Assembly: GCA_959605945.1 (NCBI GenBank)
Contig: CAUHGY010000001.1
Location: 3,413-67,412 of the forward strand
Source of the DNA: an uncultured Clostridia bacterium
GTDB taxonomy: Bacteria > Bacillota > Clostridia > Christensenellales > Borkfalkiaceae
Direction of reading: 5' to 3'
Length of the DNA: 64,000 nt
This document shows, piece by piece, positions 57,227 through 64,000 of the stretch. Under the pieces are notes generated by a model, which saw only the letters and a program-made list of their open reading frames with translations, had not been told where the DNA came from and did not search any database. The position numbers and the translations under genes are program-made. Numbering within the stretch: the first letter of the stretch is position 1; every line of letters starts with the position of its first letter.

Positions 57227-58393
57227 ATGTATACGGTTATATTAAAGAAAAACGAAGAAAAAAGAGTGCTTGACGGTTATCCGTGGATCTATGCCAATGA
57301 AGTAAGCAGGACCGAAGGAAAAGATAAGCAGGGCAGCGTTGCCAGAGTGTTATCTTATGACGGAAAGTTTGTGGGGCTTGGATATATAAATCATCTTTCT
57401 AAAATATTTGTAAGGATGTTGTCTTTTAAAGAAGAGCCCATAGACAGAAATTTTTATTTCAACAGAATAAAAAACGCCAACCGGCAAAGGCTTGAATTGG
57501 GTTATTGCAACAATTACCGTGCGGTGTTCGGTGAGTCGGATAAACTTCCGGGCCTGATTGTAGATAAGTACGGCGATTATTTATCTGTTCAGTTTTTATC
57601 TTTGGGAATGGAAGTGATAAAAAAGGAAATTATCGGAATTTTAGTAGAAATTTTCTCGCCGAAAGGTATATATGAACGCAGCGATGTATCCGTACGTCTC
57701 AAAGAAGGACTGAAAGAAACAAAAGGCAGTCTGTACGGGGGAGATTTCGACACCGTGGTAGATATAGAAGAAAACGGCATAAAAATGAAGGTCGATTTAA
57801 AGGAAGGCCAGAAAACAGGGTACTTTCTCGACCAGAAAGAAAACAGAGATAATATTAAATATTATGTCAAAGGAAAAAGCGTTCTTGATTGTTTTTGCAA
57901 CAACGGAGGTTTCTCTCTATGTGCCTGCAAATACGGCGCAACTGATGTTATTGCAGTTGATATCAGCCAAACCGCACTTGATTATGTCAGACATAATGCT
58001 ATCCTTAATGGTTATCGAATTGCTTGTGTTAAAGCCGATGTCTTCGAGTTGTTGAGACAGTACAGGAAAGAAGGCAAAAAATTCGGGGTAGTCATACTTG
58101 ATCCGCCGGCATTTACTAAATCTGCAGATACGGTTAAACAAGCTGTTAAAGGGTATAAAGATATAAATATATGCGGATTAAAGCTTGTGGAAAAGGGCGG
58201 ATATCTGATAACTTGCAGTTGTTCTCAGCATCTTACCGTTCCGAACTTTTTGGATATGATTTCAAAAAGTGTTGCGGAAAGCGGCGTTCAGGCTAAGCTT
58301 TTGGAATTTCGCACTCAAAGCAAAGACCATGCCGCTCTTATCGGTACGGAGCAAAGTTTATATTTAAAAGCAGCAGTGTTGAAAGTTTTGTAA
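57227..58393 (+). CDS. rlmI: Class I SAM-dependent rRNA (cytosine-C5) methyltransferase, RlmI-like with a PUA domain
   Basis: KKNEEKRVLDGYPWIYANEV N-terminus, GYFLDQKENR, LDCFCNNGGFS, ILDPPAF. Confidence 0.82.
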   Translation: MYTVILKKNEEKRVLDGYPWIYANEVSRTEGKDKQGSVARVLSYDGKFVGLGYINHLSKIFVRMLSFKEEPIDRNFYFNRIKNANRQRLELGYCNNYRAVFGESDKLPGLIVDKYGDYLSVQFLSLGMEVIKKEIIGILVEIFSPKGIYERSDVSVRLKEGLKETKGSLYGGDFDTVVDIEENGIKMKVDLKEGQKTGYFLDQKENRDNIKYYVKGKSVLDCFCNNGGFSLCACKYGATDVIAVDISQTALDYVRHNAILNGYRIACVKADVFELLRQYRKEGKKFGVVILDPPAFTKSADTVKQAVKGYKDINICGLKLVEKGGYLITCSCSQHLTVPNFLDMISKSVAESGVQAKLLEFRTQSKDHAALIGTEQSLYLKAAVLKVL

Positions 58394-58422
58394 AAACAAA
58401 GTAATTTTAAGGAGATATAAGA

Positions 58423-59241
58423 ATGAGCGAATGCACGCATGATTGTTCGAATTGTGCTGAAAAATGTTCGGAAAACACAGATTTCAGAGAAAAACTTAAC
58501 GAACTTTCCAAAGTTAAAAAAGTTATCGGCGTTGTCAGCGGGAAAGGCGGTGTAGGTAAGTCGCTTGTTACAGCCATGCTCGCCGTTTTAAAAAGGCGGG
58601 AAGGCTATAAGACTGCTATACTTGATGCCGATATAACAGGCCCTTCCATTCCAAAAATGTTCGGAATAACGGAAAAAGCCCAGGTTATGGACGAAAAATA
58701 TATTCTTCCGGCAATGAGCAAAACGGGGATTTCAGTGATGTCGGTCAATCTTTTACTTGCGTCCGACGACGATCCCGTTATATGGCGAGGTCCTGTAATT
58801 GCAGGAACCGTAAAACAGTTTTGGACGGATGTGGTATGGAATGATGTCGATTATATGTTTGTAGATATGCCTCCGGGAACCGGCGATGTTCCGCTTACGG
58901 TATTTCAATCATTGCCGGTGGACGGAATAATTGTGGTTACATCACCGCAGCAGCTTGTATCCATGATAGTCAAAAAAGCAGTTAAAATGGCTGAAATGAT
59001 GAATATTCCGGTTTTGGGCATTGTTGAAAATATGTCTTACTACGAATGTCCTAATTGCAAAGAAAAAATAAAGGTGTTCGGTGAAAGTCACATAGAGGAG
59101 ATTGCCGGGAGATTCGGAATTGACGTTGTTTGCAAAATACCTATTAATACCGAGTTCTCCGCACAGAGCGATAAGGGTCTCATCGAACTTTTCGAAGGTG
59201 AATTTTTGAAAGCGCTGTGCGAAAAAATTGATAAAATTTAA
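58423..59241 (+). CDS. Mrp/NBP35/ApbC-family Fe-S cluster carrier ATPase
   Basis: Deviant Walker A SGKGGVGKS, CPNCKEK CxxC, N-terminal Cys-rich CTHDCSNCAEKC. Confidence 0.85.
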   Translation: MSECTHDCSNCAEKCSENTDFREKLNELSKVKKVIGVVSGKGGVGKSLVTAMLAVLKRREGYKTAILDADITGPSIPKMFGITEKAQVMDEKYILPAMSKTGISVMSVNLLLASDDDPVIWRGPVIAGTVKQFWTDVVWNDVDYMFVDMPPGTGDVPLTVFQSLPVDGIIVVTSPQQLVSMIVKKAVKMAEMMNIPVLGIVENMSYYECPNCKEKIKVFGESHIEEIAGRFGIDVVCKIPINTEFSAQSDKGLIELFEGEFLKALCEKIDKI

Positions 59242-59267
59242 ACAGTCGGCAAAATTTTTTTTGAAAA

Positions 59268-59303
59268 ACCGCGCCTGTATATTACAGGTGCGGTTAAATT
59301 TTT
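59268..59303 (+). terminator. Rho-independent terminator
   Basis: 12-bp stem ACCGCGCCTGTA / TACAGGTGCGGT with a 3-nt loop, then TAAATTTTT. Confidence 0.7.
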
Positions 59304-59481
59304 AATTTAATAGATAAAATTGAAATTATATTTTATCTTAAAATTATATAATTTTACATATAAAAATTCCAATTTAATCTGTTTTACATATATTGCGCGA
59401 TAAAATTTTAAAAGCTATTGACTAACTTGTTTTTTTATTATATTATTTCTTATAAATAATTCTTATTTGCAAGGAGCAATT

Positions 59482-61377
59482 ATGGAATTTAAATTTAATG
59501 TCGATGAAGAATTGAAAGCGGGGCTTGAGGAACTTAAAAAATTCTATGATATAAAAGAATGTGCAGACGGTTTAAAATTAACCGCTGAAAGGCGCCCCGG
59601 CGGTTTTGAAGTAATCGGTTCGGAAAATGAGATAAAAATATTTTATTCCGACGTATCGAAATTCTTTTATGCTTTTTCGTTTTGCATGGAAAATTACGGA
59701 AAAAATTTTCATATAAAGCGTAATTGTGATATTGAAAGGATGGGAATTATGCGTGATTGCGCAAGAAACGCAATACTTTCGGTGCAGGGCGGGAAAAAAA
59801 TGATTTTGTATATGGTGCTTTTGGGCTATAACTATCTTCAGCTTTACATGGAAGATTTAATGGAGATAGAAAGTTTGCCGTATTTGGGACACAATCGCGG
59901 CAGATATTCCAAAGCAGAAATAAAGGAACTCGATGCCTATGCAAAAATGTTCGGCGTGGAATTGATGCCTTGTATACAGGCACTTGCACATCTTCCGCAT
60001 TTATTCAGACACGACTGTTTTCTGCCTATAAAAGACATTGACGACATACTTCTTGTCGACGAAGAAAAAACTTATGATTTTCTCGATAAAGTAATTTGTT
60101 TTTTGTCGGAATGTTTTTCGTCACGCAGAGTAAATTTGTGTATGGACGAAGCGCATAATATGGGGTTGGGCAAATATCTCGTCAAACACGGATTCCAACC
60201 TGACCGCGGTAAAATTTTTATGCGACACCTGGGAAGAGTTATAGATATATGCAGAAAATATGGATTTGAACCGTCGATTTTCAGCGATATGATATTCCGC
60301 GTCGGACTGGACATAAGGGAAGTGCACAGCTATGTCGGCATGGAAGGGAAATATTTCAGCAAGGAGTTTAAAGAGAATTTTCCGAAAGACGTACAGCTGA
60401 TTTTTTGGGATTATTATCATGACGATACGGATTTTTACGATTCGGTCTTTAAGAAACATTACGAGCTTACCGACAATGTTTGTTTCGGCGGAGGAGCCTG
60501 GACGTGGATAGGCTTTGTACCGTCTTCTTCACGAGCTAAAAGAACGCTTACTCCGGCAATAGAGAGTTTTAAAAAATACGGTTGTAAAGATTTCCTTATG
60601 ACCGTATGGGGCGACGGCGGAGCGGAAGCATCTCCTTTTTCGATTATGAGCACGCTTTTATGGGCGGCAGAAAAACTTTATGCGGGCAACTGTGATGTTG
60701 ACGCGCTTAATAAAAGATCCGAGATTTTGTTCGGGAACACGTACGAAGAATTAAAAAATATAGAAAACGCAAATAAAATGTCGGAAAACAGCATTGAAGC
60801 GGGATTGGATAACGGAGGCGTGACCATAAATCCGACCAAATATGCGCTCTATAATGATCCGCTGATCGGCGTTCTTGACAGTCACATGTATAGCGAAATG
60901 AAAGATTATTTCAAAAGAAATTCCAAAGAAATGAAAAGATATGCAAACAAAAACGGAAAATTTGCTTATTTATTCGAAACTCTTCATAAATTGGCAGAGT
61001 GTCTTATCGTTAAAGCAACTTTGGGGCTCGATATTAAAAAAGCTTATGATGAAAAAGACTTTTCGGCACTAAGAAATATAGCAGAGAAAAGAATACCGCT
61101 TTGTATGGAAAAAACAGAAACTTTTTATCAGGCATACAGAAAACAATATCTTGCAGACAATAAAAGCTTCGGTTTTGAAGTTTTCGATATCCGAATAGGC
61201 GGCTTGCTGTTCAGGCTTAAAGATTGCGCGAGAATTATAAACGAATATCTTGATAAAAAAATTCCTTCGATAGAAGAACTTGAAAGAAAACGCATTCCGG
61301 TTTGTACTTTTATGAAGGAAAAAGAGGATATTTGCTTTAATGATTTCAGCTGGGGAATGTCAGGTTCTTTTATTTGA
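59482..61377 (+). CDS. Putative glycoside hydrolase family 20 (beta-N-acetylhexosaminidase-like)
   Basis: GIMRDCARNA...GYNYLQLYMED and NLCMDEAHN resemble the GH20 catalytic barrel and its D-E pair, recognised from memory only. AAGGAG RBS before the ATG at 59482. Confidence 0.5.
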   Translation: MEFKFNVDEELKAGLEELKKFYDIKECADGLKLTAERRPGGFEVIGSENEIKIFYSDVSKFFYAFSFCMENYGKNFHIKRNCDIERMGIMRDCARNAILSVQGGKKMILYMVLLGYNYLQLYMEDLMEIESLPYLGHNRGRYSKAEIKELDAYAKMFGVELMPCIQALAHLPHLFRHDCFLPIKDIDDILLVDEEKTYDFLDKVICFLSECFSSRRVNLCMDEAHNMGLGKYLVKHGFQPDRGKIFMRHLGRVIDICRKYGFEPSIFSDMIFRVGLDIREVHSYVGMEGKYFSKEFKENFPKDVQLIFWDYYHDDTDFYDSVFKKHYELTDNVCFGGGAWTWIGFVPSSSRAKRTLTPAIESFKKYGCKDFLMTVWGDGGAEASPFSIMSTLLWAAEKLYAGNCDVDALNKRSEILFGNTYEELKNIENANKMSENSIEAGLDNGGVTINPTKYALYNDPLIGVLDSHMYSEMKDYFKRNSKEMKRYANKNGKFAYLFETLHKLAECLIVKATLGLDIKKAYDEKDFSALRNIAEKRIPLCMEKTETFYQAYRKQYLADNKSFGFEVFDIRIGGLLFRLKDCARIINEYLDKKIPSIEELERKRIPVCTFMKEKEDICFNDFSWGMSGSFI

Positions 61378-61410
61378 CGATATAAATTATAAAAAGAGAA
61401 AATTATAAAA

Positions 61411-63963
61411 ATGCAAAGAGATAATCATAAAGATTTTAAACCGATCCCATTTTATTTTATTAACGATACTTTGGAAAAAGAGGAAATAGACCGCCAGCTT
61501 AAACTGATGAAAGAGAGCGGCGTAGGAGGTTTTTTCATTCATTCGCGGTGCGGATTGACCGAATATGGATACGGCAATAAAAGATGGTTCGAAGATATAG
61601 ATTATATATGTTCGAAAGCCGCAGATATGGGATTAACGCCTTATCTTTACGACGAGGATGCATATCCCAGCGGCAATACCGGCGGTTTTATCGCTATGAC
61701 GCATCCCGAATATGTTGCTCAGGAACTAAAAATAGAAAAATTAGAACAAACAAACGGCTGTGTGAAAAAAATACTTCCGGCTTGCAAGCCTTTGCGCGCT
61801 TATCTTGTAGAAAAAAACGGACAAGTTACCGATATAACAGATAATTTCGGCATAATAAGACGGAAATGGTACGGTAAAGAAATGCCGTCCGATTTCTATG
61901 AAGGTCAAAAAAACTTTGACATGAAACGTTCTGCCACCTTTTTCCCTGAAATAGTTTTTGCCGTAGATAATATCCCTCGGGGCGCCGAGATTTATATCGC
62001 ATATACTATAAGACTTTATGTCATTAACAGATTCGGCAGCATGGTCGACAATCTTAACAAGGATTGCATTGATTTATTTAAAAATTATGCGTATAAATCT
62101 TATTTTGATAAGCTGTCCGCAAAATCTTTGTCGGCAATAAAGGGCATTTTTACCGACGAGCCGCAAGCGGGCGGTATGCTTCCCTGGACAGACGCTATAG
62201 AAAAAGTTTTCAGAGACAAAAAAGGATATGATCTTGCCGAACATTATTTTCGTCTGATGACCGAAGGAGAATTTTCCGATAAATTGCGCAAAGATTACTG
62301 GCAGATAACATCCGAAATGTTTAACGAAAACTATGTGAAAAATCTTCAATCATTTTGTCATGAAAAAGGCATAGCGTTTACAGGACATTTAGAATGCGAA
62401 GAATCGCCGTATTATCAGGCGCTAAAAGGGGTGAACGTATATGAAAGCCTGTGGAACTTCGATATTCCTGGGTGCGATCTCGTTTTCAGCAAAGTAGGAA
62501 CTGCTGAAAAAGCCGGGCTTATTTTCGGTTTTAAACTTGTTTCTTCGGTTATGCATCAAAGGGGGTTGAATAAGAGTCTTTGCGAGATGTTTGCGGTTAA
62601 TCCTTTCAATTTCGGTATTGACGGAATGAAAAAAGTTTTAAATTGGGCATATGTTATGGATATAATTCTGTGTGTGCCGCATGCGTTTTTTTACGGATAT
62701 TCGGGAATGCGCAAATATGACGCGGGGAAATCTTTTTTCTTTCAGGACCCTGAGTTCGCAAGATTTAAAGAATTTTCGGATTATGCGGCAAATGTCGGGA
62801 AAATTCTATCTGAAAGCGAGCCTTTTTGCGATACATTGCTAATTTATCCTAATTGGGAATTTGCTGCTGTCGCTCCGATTGACGAGAAGCGCGCCGGGTG
62901 GCTTGAAAATCTTCTTTTTGAAACAGTGGGCACACTCATTAAAAATCATATCGAATTTGATATAACCGACTGTAATTACATAGATAGGTTTGTTACCGGT
63001 GAAAATTTAACGGTGGGGAAAAGAAGTTATAAAAATGTGGTTTATGTATCGTTGGGTTCGAAAGTAATGCTTCCGCTCAAAGACAAATTAACTTCAATAA
63101 ACGCAAATTTTTACGACGCCTCCGAAAGAGATTGGGTAAGCAGAATAAAAAAACATTGTATTTTTACCGACATTATTGCAGTCAGAGGAGATGCCGAAAA
63201 AATTATTTCTCTGAACAAAAAAACCAAGACCGGCAATTACATATTTTTATATAATTGCGATAAAAGCTGCTGTGTATTAAAATTAACTGTTAATCGTAAA
63301 TTTGCTTTTGTTTATAATGCAAATTTAAATACTTTTATGTCTGCCATAATCAATGACGGAACTGTGTGTGTAAGCGTAAAAGGATGGGATATGGCGATAG
63401 TTTACGAAAATGACGAGGCTGTTAAGTCTTCTTGCGAATACGGAATCGAAATTAGCAAAGATACAAAGTTTGAGTTCGATGAGAATCCGCAATTTACTTA
63501 TATGCCGCCTGTATCAGTAAAATCCGTAATTAATAATTATGACGTAAAAATTTTAAAAGACGGACAGGAGAACTTATATAAAAACATAAAATTTACGTTC
63601 TTGCGCGATTTTTACGGAACAGATGTGAAAAAACTTTATGAAAACTCGTTTCATCCGGTTTACGACGGCTCGTTGGCTCCGAAAAACAATTATCCGGTAA
63701 AAGCAGTTTTTAAGACAAAATTTACTTGTGTCGGGGCCAAAGAAATGCTGTTCGAAAAAGAAACTTTTGTTGGAGAAAACGAAATATATCTGAACGGTAA
63801 AATAATTACACCGGAAATTATAAATAATCGTATTATTTACGACAAAAATAATCTTGTTGCCGATATAGAAAATATAGCGACGGACGGTGAAAATACATTG
63901 GAAGTAATTTTTCCGAAAGCATATCAGGACGATGGCATAAATAGCGAAATATACATTATTTAA
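61411..63963 (+). CDS. Large conserved hypothetical protein, possibly glycoside-hydrolase-like
   Basis: 850-aa ORF. The N-terminus PIPFYFINDTLEKEEIDRQLKLMKESGVGGFFIHSRCGL...YLYDEDAYPSGNTGG resembles uncharacterised glycosyl-hydrolase-like proteins. No family could be assigned. Confidence 0.45.
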   Translation: MQRDNHKDFKPIPFYFINDTLEKEEIDRQLKLMKESGVGGFFIHSRCGLTEYGYGNKRWFEDIDYICSKAADMGLTPYLYDEDAYPSGNTGGFIAMTHPEYVAQELKIEKLEQTNGCVKKILPACKPLRAYLVEKNGQVTDITDNFGIIRRKWYGKEMPSDFYEGQKNFDMKRSATFFPEIVFAVDNIPRGAEIYIAYTIRLYVINRFGSMVDNLNKDCIDLFKNYAYKSYFDKLSAKSLSAIKGIFTDEPQAGGMLPWTDAIEKVFRDKKGYDLAEHYFRLMTEGEFSDKLRKDYWQITSEMFNENYVKNLQSFCHEKGIAFTGHLECEESPYYQALKGVNVYESLWNFDIPGCDLVFSKVGTAEKAGLIFGFKLVSSVMHQRGLNKSLCEMFAVNPFNFGIDGMKKVLNWAYVMDIILCVPHAFFYGYSGMRKYDAGKSFFFQDPEFARFKEFSDYAANVGKILSESEPFCDTLLIYPNWEFAAVAPIDEKRAGWLENLLFETVGTLIKNHIEFDITDCNYIDRFVTGENLTVGKRSYKNVVYVSLGSKVMLPLKDKLTSINANFYDASERDWVSRIKKHCIFTDIIAVRGDAEKIISLNKKTKTGNYIFLYNCDKSCCVLKLTVNRKFAFVYNANLNTFMSAIINDGTVCVSVKGWDMAIVYENDEAVKSSCEYGIEISKDTKFEFDENPQFTYMPPVSVKSVINNYDVKILKDGQENLYKNIKFTFLRDFYGTDVKKLYENSFHPVYDGSLAPKNNYPVKAVFKTKFTCVGAKEMLFEKETFVGENEIYLNGKIITPEIINNRIIYDKNNLVADIENIATDGENTLEVIFPKAYQDDGINSEIYII

Positions 63964-64000
63964 ACACTTGTTATCAAACGAATAATTAAAATAAAATTGC

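Noticed and set aside
1-64000. CRISPR arrays, rRNA or tRNA genes, IS elements, prophage genes
   Set aside because: I saw no regularly spaced direct repeats, no tRNA-like cloverleaf or T-loop motifs in the intergenic regions, and no recognisable transposase, integrase or phage structural proteins among the ORFs.

Overview
This is a 64-kb chromosomal segment from an AT-rich, Clostridia-like Firmicute. Nearly all genes are on the + strand, and I saw no rRNA, tRNA, CRISPR array, transposase or integrase. Gene order: priA (cut off at the 5' window edge), two tandem def copies, fmt, rsmB, rlmN, rsgA, rpe; a minus-strand MDR-like dehydrogenase; rpmE, a DUF1385::prmC fusion, prfA; an aspartate aminotransferase, a Re-citrate-synthase-like gene, a mini P-loop ATPase, thrC, trpS; a DUF5685 / J-like / membrane protein trio; rlmD; two small accessory genes; an MFS transporter plus FGGY kinase. 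The most interesting region is about 26.45-40.23 kb. It holds two complete T-box transcription-attenuation leaders. By my hand fold the specifiers are GUA (Val) and CUC (Leu). They control three AMP-forming acyl-CoA ligases (one fused to a xylose-isomerase-like TIM barrel), a PF04909-like amidohydrolase, a LeuA homolog that has lost its catalytic residues but keeps the Leu-binding regulatory domain, IlvE, an unknown P-loop NTPase, a four-subunit VorB-type 2-oxoacid:ferredoxin oxidoreductase and an XRE-cupin regulator. I read this as a starvation-induced route from branched-chain fatty acids to branched-chain amino acids (CoA activation, reductive carboxylation, transamination). Downstream lie a complete his operon (hisZGDCBHAF-IE plus a PHP histidinol phosphatase), an XRE gene with a split chrA pair, an MFS transporter, a paaK-ACT-amidohydrolase-aminotransferase module that echoes the first locus, ppa (minus strand), an Sfp-type PPTase, rlmI, mrp/apbC and two glycoside-hydrolase-like genes. 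All calls rest on motif and family recognition by eye and on hand folding. No searches or computations were run.
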